Positions 34,440 through 45,407 of a stretch of 64,000 nucleotides of DNA are shown one piece after another. The stretch comes from Tetramitus jugosus. Its lineage: Eukaryota > Protista > Heterolobosea. The position numbers and the translations under genes were made by a program. The first letter of the stretch is position 1. Every line of letters starts with the position of its first letter. The stretch spans positions 264,997 to 328,996 of the forward strand of contig OW569393.1 in assembly GCA_937625935.1 (NCBI GenBank). Direction: 5' to 3'. The notes below the pieces were generated by a model. That model ran no database searches, was not told the DNA's origin, and saw only the letters and a program-made list of their open reading frames with translations.

Positions 34440-36620
34440 ATGGAAGATCAGGGACGAAAGACCTTTCAGGTCAATTCTTCATCAAAGCAACCAAACAACA
34501 GATGCTGTTTGGCATTTAAGCATTTGTGGTCCTTTCAAATGCTCGTCACATTACTCATTTTTCTGGTTGTTGCAATGACTGCTGTGAGTATCTGGCCCTC
34601 GAACTACGCATTTTCAGCGAAGGGTGTTCGTCAAATCGCTCTCATCGCCCAGAAAAATTTGATTGATCGGACAATTTCCGAAGTTTCGGAACAACTGAAC
34701 AGTGTGGCTCAATGTTTGAACGTTACGCGGACGTCGTATGAAATACAAGAAAGAATGGGCCACTCAGTTCCTTCCTTGTCTGAAAATGCCAGTTTAGCGA
34801 CCATGTCCGTCTTCAAGCACACCTCCCTTGCTTCGACAGTGGAGCTTGGTCTATCAGATGGCACTTTGCTCGGCATATCTCGTCAGAGCACTGTTGACAT
34901 GTTTACAACTGACGGAAAAGGAACTCTGGTGTACAACCAATTTAACCTGGACACTCTGACAATAGGACCACACCTGTTCAACATTACTGACTTTTTTATT
35001 GAGAAGCGACCGTGGTATCGCTTAGCCGTGGATAACAATCGAACCATATGGTCTCCAACGTTTCAATCTGCGGATTCCCCTCCCAACTTCATTATGACCC
35101 TCAGCTTACCCTATTATTCACTCGTGAGCGGACAATTCGTCGGTGTCATTGCTATCGAAGTTGACTTGAATGTTTTTTCAAGCTATGTGAGGTCTCTACC
35201 GTCTCTCAATAAGACGCGAGTGTTGTTGTTAGGGAGAGATGGTTCTCTGATTGCTGCTTCTGCAGGCAACTTTTACACGATTGTGAACCAAACAAACGTC
35301 ATTAGAAATCCTGGTAGCCAAAGCTCCGATTCTGTGATTCGAGAAACAATAGGTCAAGTTTTCTGTAGAAACTTGACAAATCAGGCACATCCGAACCTAG
35401 TCGCGTTCACCTACAAGGGAACAACTGGAAAACGAGTAGTCTCTCTGCAAGATATTGTAGATCCGTATGGTATCGAATGGATGGTGGTAGTAAACGTTGC
35501 GAACAGTGATATTGTGGGGTCTGTTATTGAAGCCAACAAGATCAATGCCATCATTTGTAGTGTATGTCTCATTATATCCGCTGTTTTTGCCACTGCTATT
35601 AGCAGTCTGCTGTTTCGGCCATTGCGGAGAGTGTGTCGAGAGATGGACTTGGTGGCCGATATGGATTTTAGGAGTAAATCGGCCATTCATACTTACAAAT
35701 TGTTCGAGTTGAGTGAACTCCGGAGTGCGCTCAGTCGAATGAAACATGGACTCAGGAACTTTGAAAAATATGTTCCCTCCGATGTTGTTAAGACAATTGT
35801 AAGATCGAGAGAGGAGAACAATCTAGGAGTGGTCTCCAGATCTCTAACGGTCATGTTTACAGATATCAAGGATTTTACTTCTGTTGCCGAGAGAATGGAT
35901 CCCAATGATCTGATACACCTCATGAGCGATTTTTTCTCCAACATGTCCAAAATCGTTATGGATCATCAAGGGGTCGTGGACAAATATATCGGAGATGCCA
36001 TAATGGCTCTATGGAATGCACCGACTAGTGTTCTCAATCATGAAATCTGTGCGGTGACTGCTGCAGTCGAAATGAAATTTAAATTGAAAATACTCAATGA
36101 AACATGGGTCCAGAGAAATCTTCCAGCAATATCAATGCGCGTAGGAATAAACTCTGGTGAATGTTTAGTTGGAAACGTAGGTAGCGAACAACGAATGAAT
36201 TACACGGTTCTAGGTGACAATGTCAATATCGCCTCTCGTTGCGAAACACTCAACAAGAGATATGGAACAGACATTATGATTACTGAGAATACCTACAATG
36301 CGCTGAATGGACAATTTCTTTGTCGATGGCTGGCCTATGTCAGCCTCAAAGGCAAGTCACTTCCCATACATGTGTATGAAGTGATATGTGCAGAGACGAA
36401 CGCAACGGATGAACAACGTGAGTTGTGCAAGTTACATAACGATCTTAAGAGTGCAATTAGTGATGGAGACAAAACTACGACGAGGAACTTGTGTCGTCAA
36501 CTCTTTGAAATTGATGAAACCAATGTTTCAGCCAAAGAAGTGTTGGATGTGGTGATAGCGAGTAATGGAGACATGAATTTGAATATAGAGACAGTTATCG
36601 TTCACTTGCAGGAAAAGTAA
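34440..36620 (+). CDS. Membrane adenylate cyclase (TM, dCache, TM, HAMP, class III cyclase)
   Basis: TVMFTDIKDFT, DKYIGDAIMALWNAP, GNVGSEQRMNYTVLGDNVNIASR all intact; RPWY Cache motif. Confidence 0.92.
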   Translation: MEDQGRKTFQVNSSSKQPNNRCCLAFKHLWSFQMLVTLLIFLVVAMTAVSIWPSNYAFSAKGVRQIALIAQKNLIDRTISEVSEQLNSVAQCLNVTRTSYEIQERMGHSVPSLSENASLATMSVFKHTSLASTVELGLSDGTLLGISRQSTVDMFTTDGKGTLVYNQFNLDTLTIGPHLFNITDFFIEKRPWYRLAVDNNRTIWSPTFQSADSPPNFIMTLSLPYYSLVSGQFVGVIAIEVDLNVFSSYVRSLPSLNKTRVLLLGRDGSLIAASAGNFYTIVNQTNVIRNPGSQSSDSVIRETIGQVFCRNLTNQAHPNLVAFTYKGTTGKRVVSLQDIVDPYGIEWMVVVNVANSDIVGSVIEANKINAIICSVCLIISAVFATAISSLLFRPLRRVCREMDLVADMDFRSKSAIHTYKLFELSELRSALSRMKHGLRNFEKYVPSDVVKTIVRSREENNLGVVSRSLTVMFTDIKDFTSVAERMDPNDLIHLMSDFFSNMSKIVMDHQGVVDKYIGDAIMALWNAPTSVLNHEICAVTAAVEMKFKLKILNETWVQRNLPAISMRVGINSGECLVGNVGSEQRMNYTVLGDNVNIASRCETLNKRYGTDIMITENTYNALNGQFLCRWLAYVSLKGKSLPIHVYEVICAETNATDEQRELCKLHNDLKSAISDGDKTTTRNLCRQLFEIDETNVSAKEVLDVVIASNGDMNLNIETVIVHLQEK

Positions 36621-36853
36621 AACGAGAGCCCCGAAAGGCTCTCTGTTGTTTTCATATTCCTGAACCTTACTGCCTACGACCACCCGTAATCGTAGGCAAT
36701 TTTAGGCACCAAAGTATCGACACCTATCGGGTTAATTTTGTTGGTGAAGAACCAACAGCGTGAGTTGATGTCAAGTGTGTTTTTATCTAGTAACGGCAGA
36801 TTCAAAGGATCTCGATAAAGCTTTATAAACTCAAGGACAAGCGAGAGCGAAAT

Positions 36854-38686
36854 TCAATTGATTTGATACTTCAGTTTTGGGAATAAGTATATCTCTCTTG
36901 CTTTCAACTTGTCATTTACCTTGAGTCTCACAATTTCGTCATGAACAAGCGTTTCATCGCTCCAGAACACTGGTTTGAGTACTCTAGGACTTATCCTGAA
37001 CTGTTCAAGATTTAGTTGCTTTGCGTCCAAATCGTCCAAAATGTTCCTTCTCATGTCTTCAAATGTGGTTGAGGACTTGATGACATGTTGGTATCTGAAT
37101 GGATTGCTCAGCTTACCGTTCGACTTACAAACATAAAAAACAACATCCATGTCATCATCACTCTCTCTTTCTAACTCCAAAACAAAAGTTGGAGATTGAG
37201 GAGGCTCCTCTTGATAGGTGGGCTTCTTCTTCATTGGTGTTTCTTTTCTGGATAGGCTTGACTTGCTCTTCTTAAGTTGATTCTCAAGAAGCTTCTTTTC
37301 CTTCTTTGTTTCTGAGCAGGAAGGTTTTAACTTCAGCAATTCCTTGCAAGTATTGACAGCCTCGTTGAGTTTCTGAGTATTTGTAAATATTGTGATGAGG
37401 GAACGATAAATATTCTCTTGGTCCTTTTTGTGCTTCTTCTGGGTGCATAGAGCGAGTGCCTTGTTTAAGAATTCAATGGCTTCTTCGTTCTTTTCGACTG
37501 AAGACTTGATATCAGCTGAAACTATGTAATCTTGAATGGTAAAATCAGACCTGTCATTCCCATAACAACTGAGAGACATATCCAAGTACTTGTTTGCTTC
37601 TTCGTGCTGTTCGTCGTTGGCGTTGGAAACCGCAATATTCCAATAGAGGATACCATTGAGATGTCCATCATATTCAACCTTCTCAGATCTTGCATCATAA
37701 ACCTTCAAGGCTCTCGAGTTGTCCTGAGTCATGAAGTAGCAAAGAGTCAACAACTTGTTTGCTTTATAGTAGTATACCGTTTTTGGATGATCTTCTTTAT
37801 GTCTACCCTTGTCGATATGTCTCAAGTCTTTCTTTGCTTCTTCGTAGTTCTCCAGCTGAAAATGGGCGAATCCTCGAGTGTAACAATCGCTTGACTTTGT
37901 TAAATAAGTCCAAGAGTCTTGTTCTCCTTGGGAGTTCTTCAAACAGTTTGCTATCTTTTGTTCTACCTCTTGTTTGAATTCTCCACCCACGATCTTCAAG
38001 ATTTTGCCATAACTATGAATTGCTTTCCCAAAATCTGAGGTCTCTGCATAAATATCACCCAACATCTTGCGTGTCTCGATCATAACATCGATTGACCTTG
38101 AAACTGTTTTCTCCAAGTTCTGTTTTCCCACCGAATCCATAGTGAGTTCATCGGTGACATACAAACCTTCCGATTCATTTCTTTCAATTTCTTCGAGATA
38201 TTTCAAAGATTGTTGATATTTAGGTTCAGCATCTTTTCCTTCGACAAATTTGTAACAACTTGCTAGATGGTACAGTGAGCAGCAATTTCTTCCCTTTTTG
38301 ACCTTCAAACGAGAAGCATTGAGTTTCAATGCTCTTTCAAAGTAACTCTTTGCAGTTTTGAAGTGTTGGAGATAATTCCTCTCATCATTTTCGAAAGCTA
38401 CCTCCATCAACTCCTGGTAGCATATACCAATGTTATTTACAATGTCTTCTGGATTCCAAGAGTTGGTGACCTTGGCTTTCTTCTCTTTTTCCAAACAGCG
38501 AGTGAAAGTGTCAGCAGCTTCTTGATATTCTCTCTTGTTGAAAAGAGTGAATCCCTTGTTGAACAATTGGAGAGCACTTGGTTCTCTCTTAGGACTTGGT
38601 TTTGGTTCACGATCTCGCTGGCAGATTGACAAGTCAGATCAAACTTCCTCTCAAAACATATTGTGCACACTTACCTTCAATGGCAT
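36854..38686 (-). CDS. TPR-repeat protein, paralog B; intron 38618-38674
   Basis: Spliced MPLK|RDREPKPS; GTAAGT donor and CCAG acceptor; multiple TPRs. Confidence 0.85.
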
Positions 38687-38918
38687 CGCTTCTCGATTTT
38701 TTGATGTGGTTTGTTTTAATCTTGAGGGAAGAAATTTTGTAATCCACATTCCTTTTTTAAATTATCCATTGACATGTGACACTGGGCTTTACTTTTTCCG
38801 ACAATTTTCTCGACCGAAATGGAAGAGAGGGAAGTTGTAACGCTGTTCTCCGTAATTTTTTGATGTTAGAAAGTTGATCCTTCCCAAAAACCAACAAAAA
38901 ACAACACAACAAGACAGA

Positions 38919-41900
38919 ATGGCGAGAACAAGGAATGCGACTGCTGCAAGCGACCCTCCTGCAGCTAAAAAAAGGAGAACCTCCTCAAGTACTGAAAGAA
39001 GAGAAGAATCAGAACAAGTCATCAACAAGGTGAAAGATTTGAGTGGAGATGTTGAGAAACTGTTGGATAAAGTAGGTTCTTTCATGAAGTCTTATGAAAA
39101 TTGCCACAGTGAAAACTCGAGTCAGTTCCAACTGTTGCGTACCATTCAAAAACATGCAGCTTCCACAGCTTTGTTTCGTGACGTGAAGAACAAGTCGACC
39201 ACAATTAATATGGCTATGGTCGGTGCTACTGGAAGGGGCAAAAGTTTCATAGGTATGAACGTGATGGGATTTGGATTTTTTTAAGTTTCGTTCTCTGTGC
39301 TAACACTTGATTTTCATGAACGGGACAACTGTAAATAGCAAATAATTTGGCTCTGTACGGCACACCGGTCTTTAAAAAAGAACATTTGAGTAAGTTGTTG
39401 CCGTCTACTGTGGATGCAGATGAGGAGTATGATTGTGTAACAGTCATTTCATTCAAGTTGACTTACGAGGAGGAATATTTCCGCTTGAAGTTACACAGAA
39501 GGTTTGATATGGACTCTGGAGATGATGAGGAGCAAAACGATATCGTGATTCCTGAGGATAAGAGCGAAGAAGATAGCACTCAAAGTAGTGTTGGTGAAGA
39601 AAGAGAGGAGGTGAAGATGTTGTATGAGTATCGTCACAATGGCTCATTGGATGAGAAATCATGGTTGGACCAGCTAAACAACATCCGAAGACTGGTCGAT
39701 GACACTACAGATAAGATCAATAGTGGAGAAATTAGATTGGCTGAATGTAAATTCTTTGAAATTGAGGGACCTTTTCCTCTGCTGAAGAGTTATAATTTAT
39801 CCATCTATGATGTATGTAGTTTGTTATCGTGTTGCCCGTAATGCCTCTCTCTAAGCCGTTTATTGTATATAGATTCCAGGATTGACTTCGGACAACGATG
39901 ATATCATAAATTCTGCTACTGCAACATGCAAAGAAGCAAACGTTGTGTGCTTAGTCAACAGCATGGAGACGAGAGGAAAACTCGAGAATCAAGATTTCAA
40001 TCTCTTGGAGCCATTTGTTGATAAGGATTTTACCCAGATACCAATCGTTGTTTTTGTTGACAATGTATCTCGAAGATTGAAAGAGGTAGGAGATATTAAC
40101 TCAGCAGATGCAAGAAAGAGAATAGTCGGTGATCAACAGGTATTGGATGTATTGATCAATTTCATTCGAGAAAATAGACATAAGCCCAAGTTTCTCCCCA
40201 ATATCAGTGGCTACAGAAGAAATGCGATCGTTGACAAACTGCTCAAGACAAGTTTCGGATTTGCTTTTTATGGCGCTTACTCTGCTGGTTCCAATGTTAA
40301 ACCATTTTCTGATCTGATTGGAAATTCAAATTCCACTTCTCTAGATCCATTCTGTACTCTCCAAGTCTGTAGAAGATATCTTGAGGAGAGAAGCCTTCTA
40401 CAAAGCAAGTTTCTTGCTGTGAACTGCATATTTGCCATTGAACGTGATCTAGCCAAGAAAAGATTTCAGAACATTGCAACTCATGCAACACAGATGGAGA
40501 GCATTGTTGACAAGGAGATGGTTGCTCGAAAACAGATGACGAATAAGTGGAAAGCAGTGTGTGGTCGTGTAATTGATGCTATGGACAATGAATTTACACC
40601 GGTGAAAATCCATGTTCAAAGACTGTGGAGGAAGAGGCTCTTATCTATTATTCCCACTGACTTGTACTTTGACATCATCGAAAGTTGTTTAGAAGAGAAT
40701 TTACAGACCTGTTATGATTTACTAGAAGAGAATTTGAGAAAGATGTTTAAACTAAATGATAGTTATGAATTCCCAGAAGACATTGAGGAGGAGCAACAAT
40801 ACGACGAATCGAACAACCCTATCATAATGTCCAATGATAGAAACCCAGTCTCAGACAAACCTCAAGATGAAATTTATCTGAAAGTGAGAGAATCACTTCG
40901 AGAATTTGTGCGAGAGAAAGCAGAAGAGTTGAGATCTCGAGATGTTCTAACAGATGTGCAAGAAAAGATGTCCAACATTCTGAAGAACAACATTGCTCGC
41001 CATGAGAATCTGGATTTTTCCAATACCATCAATCTTTCCAAACAACGAGTCATGGATATCGTTCAGCGAATGTTAACTCACATGATCAACCGTCGGTGGT
41101 CATTAAGAACAAAGGAATTACTCTTTGGTTCTTTATTTACTCCGAACGACTCGCTAACAAGATTATTTGAGTCTTTTAAAGCCTATGTAGATGGCGCTGA
41201 GTTAGATCAAGCTTCAGTAAAGAAGTTGAAGACTTCAATAACTAAATGGAAGAATCTCAACTTGAAGAAATCTCAAAATAGAGATCTCATTACAATGAAG
41301 ACCTTTCAGCAAAGAGATTGGGTGGAATTTAATCATGAACAAGTGGACATTTCAGAGAAGGACCTTTCAAGAACTAAACGCGCACAACGGCAGTCTGAGA
41401 AACAAATTACTCAAAATAGTGTAACGAGCGAGGTGGCAACAAAGAACTTCACTAACTTCGTAGTGAATGATAATTCACCTGTCCAAATTATTATCGATCC
41501 AGAAGCACAGGATTCCTTGATTAGTATCACTTACAGGTCAGAGGGAATCTCGGAAGAAAATTCTGAGATTATTATTCATCTTTACCCAGAGTGGCAAAAG
41601 GATCTTCTCAAATTGATGAAAATCCCTGAAGCGAGCCGAATACATCCAATCTTTATGCCATCATATCGTAGAGCTAAGGACATAAAGAAGAATATCTTCT
41701 TTAACGGAACAGATTACTTAGAGAACAATGCATACTTGGTGTACCTTGTTGTTGAAGAAGAGGAGGCCTCCGAGTATTACAATATCTTGAAAAAGGAGTT
41801 GAGTCTACTGAAGTTAGTGTTTGTGACGATTCCTAGTGGCAGTCGCGGTATTGGGTTCTCTCGTGCCATGATAAATCTCTTGCAATGCCAGATGAACAAA

Positions 41901-42884
41901 CTCATGAAAAAGGATGGAAATCCTGCATTTGAGTGGTTCTGGACCATTGATGATGATATACGAGGTGTTAGGATGTTTAATATTGATTCACGAACTCTAA
42001 CAATGACTACCCCTTGCACTCTATCGCTAGCATTGCTACAATCCCAAAGAATGCTAAAGGATAGAATAGTTCAAGAACTCAAACAGATAAAGGGTTCAGA
42101 GAATCTGTCCTTAGTAGAGATGTTCCGTGATGAAATTGATGAATTGTTGAACACTGATGAGAGAAGACATCTGACTCGTGTAATTGAAACGACAATAACG
42201 ATCAATAAGTTGTTAGAATTCAGCACTAACTCAGATGAGGTCGCCTGCTATCAATACCTTCGTAACTTATGTGTAACAAACAAGAGCTTGAAACAAAAGT
42301 TCGCAGAAAACCTGGGACAATGGTTGGATCGAAATATGTCTGAGCAACACTTCCGTAACTGGTTCCGAGAAGTGTTTATCCCATCGCATAAGAGCCAAGG
42401 AAAAATAGTTCAACTCGCTATAGTTACTAGTCGAATGAACGATAGCCGCACAAATTATAATTTTCTCTCGCGATTGCAATCACATTATCGAGTTTCTTCA
42501 CACAGATATGCTTGCGTCCTCAACTATGCCCCTGGAATAAGTGGCTACAACTATCTATCCTTTGATCAATTGTTGATGAATGATGAAGAAGTGTACCAGG
42601 AGAGAGTACGTTATGATAAAGAAAGTCCTTCGGATCGGAAGGAACGAATTCAGAGTATTGCAGCTGCATTGTCCACTGCCAAGAATCGTTTCATGGATGG
42701 AGAGACTCCAACAGTACCAAACTATGAGTTGCGAGATACATTCTTGGGAGAGGATAAAAAATTTATTGAGAGACTTGAGTTGGACAACAAGACTGGTTTT
42801 CAAGTGTTCTTCTTTGATATTGAATGGGGTAAGCAGAAAACTGGTGGTTGTTTCATTTTCAGGAAAAAACATCAGACATATTGA
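38919..42884 (+). CDS. Dynamin-like P-loop GTPase, helical region and TET/JBP-associated (GREB1/JGT-like) glycosyltransferase domain, ~1270 aa; introns 39253-39338 and 39812-39872
   Basis: Spliced GATGRGKSFIANNL (G1) and YD|IPG (G3); C-terminal PIFMPSYRRA, YLVVEEEE...Y, GIGFSR, WFWTIDDDI, GEDKKF; N-terminal PPAAKKRR NLS-like motif. Confidence 0.75.
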
Positions 42885-42973
42885 ACCTAATCCAGTCACA
42901 ATTGGCGGTTTTCTTGTCAGAAGGACAACAAGATCATTGGAATAAAGAATTGGATTAAACATGTTTTTTGTGG

Positions 42974-44335
42974 TCAGGACTGACAGGTTACTGTCACATC
43001 GCATAGAAACTGCCTCAGACGCAACCCGTTAACATCAAGCAAAAATTTCTTCTGCACCGCCTGGTGTACAATGGTTGTGAAGTAAGAACCTGTCATTTGA
43101 ACACACATAGCTTCATCTAGAGTCATCTCAGTTTCGAATGGTACTTCTTTAGGTGCTTCATTGTCATCAGAGTAACTTCGTAGCCTGTATATTGTGTTTT
43201 TAACACGAGCATACATCTCGGCACAACTGGAACCAATTTGAGTCATTGGCCCAAGAGAGAGCAAAGTGATAACATTCTCTTTGGTTTCTGTGTTACCTAT
43301 GTGTACATGCCCACTCGCATCCAGAGCAATGTATCGAGTCCAAGAGCAACATACATCAAGCACATGTACCTTTCGATTAAACAGAGACTCTTCTCGAGTA
43401 TATTCTCGTTCTATTCCTGTTGTAAACAAGTTTCCTTGATAATCCAACAGAACTGAAAACATTTCACCAGCATCAATTTTCTTACATTCAAAATTGATGG
43501 GACCTCTCTCGAGTGACAAAGGGTGAATGTAATGCATAAGAGAGACATTTGGATCTATCTGATCTTTTGATAATAGGTGAGAGTTTGGTTGACCCAAACG
43601 ATACATATTCATCGTGTGTTGTTCTTGCATGAGCAGAAATCGTTTTCCAGATCCCATCTTGCTGATACGGTTCATATGACTATCCATGATGACTGCTCTT
43701 GGAACACACTGTGTAGTTGCACGATTATTTTCGTCGCTAGAATATGCGCTCTGGGTAACATCGTCCCAGTACTTTCTAGCAATATTTCCACAAGTAAACA
43801 CTTTACCAGTAGTGCTCAAGAAAGCAGAGAACCATCCGTTAGCTCGTACGCACTCAATCTTCAGATTCTTAATTTGTCCATTTATCAACGTTGGATATTT
43901 TGTTCTTTGAGAGTGACCTAGACCTAATTGGCCACTCTCGTTACCTCCCAGTGCCCAACACTTGCCATTAAACTCCAAAAGAATCATGTGCAACGATCCA
44001 CATGCAATCTGCTTAATGTGCCTCTGCCCTTGACTCATCAACCACTGTTCATCTCCATGTTCCACAGAGTAACCACCATCTCTGACCTTGATCAACTTGG
44101 TTACTTGCTTAAATTCACGTCCCAATGGTTTCATCGTGGTGGTGGTAGTGGTATTCTCTTCATCTCTCCATAACTCACCAAATGTGCTTCGTCCCATACC
44201 GAACAGACTCGATGTCCCAGGTACCATTCTCTTGATGATCCATGTTTCTTGGTGGTCTGCTGGACCAGGTTGCATTTTGGATGTTCCTTTGTTGCAACTT
44301 CCAGAAAAGTTTCGCCGGATGGTCGTGGAAATCAT
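42974..44335 (-). CDS. RCC1/BLIP-II beta-propeller repeat protein
   Basis: IACGSLHMILL...GGNESGQLGLG; IDAGEMFSVLL. Confidence 0.8.
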   Translation of the reverse strand: MISTTIRRNFSGSCNKGTSKMQPGPADHQETWIIKRMVPGTSSLFGMGRSTFGELWRDEENTTTTTTMKPLGREFKQVTKLIKVRDGGYSVEHGDEQWLMSQGQRHIKQIACGSLHMILLEFNGKCWALGGNESGQLGLGHSQRTKYPTLINGQIKNLKIECVRANGWFSAFLSTTGKVFTCGNIARKYWDDVTQSAYSSDENNRATTQCVPRAVIMDSHMNRISKMGSGKRFLLMQEQHTMNMYRLGQPNSHLLSKDQIDPNVSLMHYIHPLSLERGPINFECKKIDAGEMFSVLLDYQGNLFTTGIEREYTREESLFNRKVHVLDVCCSWTRYIALDASGHVHIGNTETKENVITLLSLGPMTQIGSSCAEMYARVKNTIYRLRSYSDDNEAPKEVPFETEMTLDEAMCVQMTGSYFTTIVHQAVQKKFLLDVNGLRLRQFLCDVTVTCQS

Positions 44336-44394
44336 CGCGGTGTTTTTGGAATTTTTAGGAGAATTAAGAGAGGAACTGAAATCTGCTGACTTGA

Positions 44395-45240
44395 ATGGAT
44401 CTGGTCAGATGGCTGATGAAGCCATTTCGCCGAGGTGCTGACAGACACATTGAAAAATGTGCTGCTACAGAACTTGAAATTGGTTCTTCACTTTGTAATG
44501 ATGTATGGCCGACTATTATTGAGTTTTGTGACACTTTAGAGTGGTTACAATTGAGTTACACTTGCAAGAGGATCAATCAATTCAAGTTCAATCGATTACT
44601 CATGTGCACCAAGAAGAGAAAACTGAAACAAAGTTTGACTGAGCAAGAAATTGAACACTGGTTTCGATTGGGCAAAGAAACACTGTTTAATGTTCATTTG
44701 AACAAGAATCCAAATGTGGTGAATGATCATTTCCAATTCTTGAAGGGCATCCACACACTCAATATGAGTGGTTGCAAGAGAATCACTGATCAGGCCTTCG
44801 AGTACTTGAAAGGAATTCACACACTCGATATGAGTCGTTGCGAGCTAACAGACAATGCCATTTCTCATTTAACTGGAATTCATACGCTTGATATAACTCT
44901 CTGCTGGAACATCACTGATGATGCATTTCCTTCTTTGACTGGTATTCATACACTCAACATGTGTGTTTCCTATCGTATATCAGACAATGCATTCTCGTAT
45001 TTGAAGGGCATTCACACACTCGATATGAGTGAATGCAACCGAGTCACAGACGCTGCGTTCCGTCATCTGGTTGGTATCCACACACTCGAAATGAATTATT
45101 GCATTATTGCAAGAATATAACTGGATAGGGGTTTTGTCATTTGACTGGTATTCACACACTCTCCATGTATGGTTGCAAGGTCACGGATCAAGCCCTTAGT
45201 CACTTGGTAGGTATTCACAAACTCTATAAGCAATCAGACC
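44395..45240 (+). CDS. F-box-like plus LRR protein (LKGIHTLxMS repeats); 3' end disrupted
   Basis: LCNDVWPTIIEF F-box-like segment; ~25-aa LRRs; two more repeats follow the stop at 45120, beyond an 8-bp duplication and a TAG. Confidence 0.75.
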
Positions 45241-45407
45241 TTGTTTGAACATCCAAACAGCGTCCAGTTATCATAATCAAAACTTAGTTAAGAGAGAAAG
45301 TGCCTTGAGAAAACCTCTCTCAATACGATCGGAGCAAACCAGCTGAAGAAGTCAGACATAATCCAATATGATTTATTATCACGATGTGGTCGTTGGAACA
45401 ACGTTGA

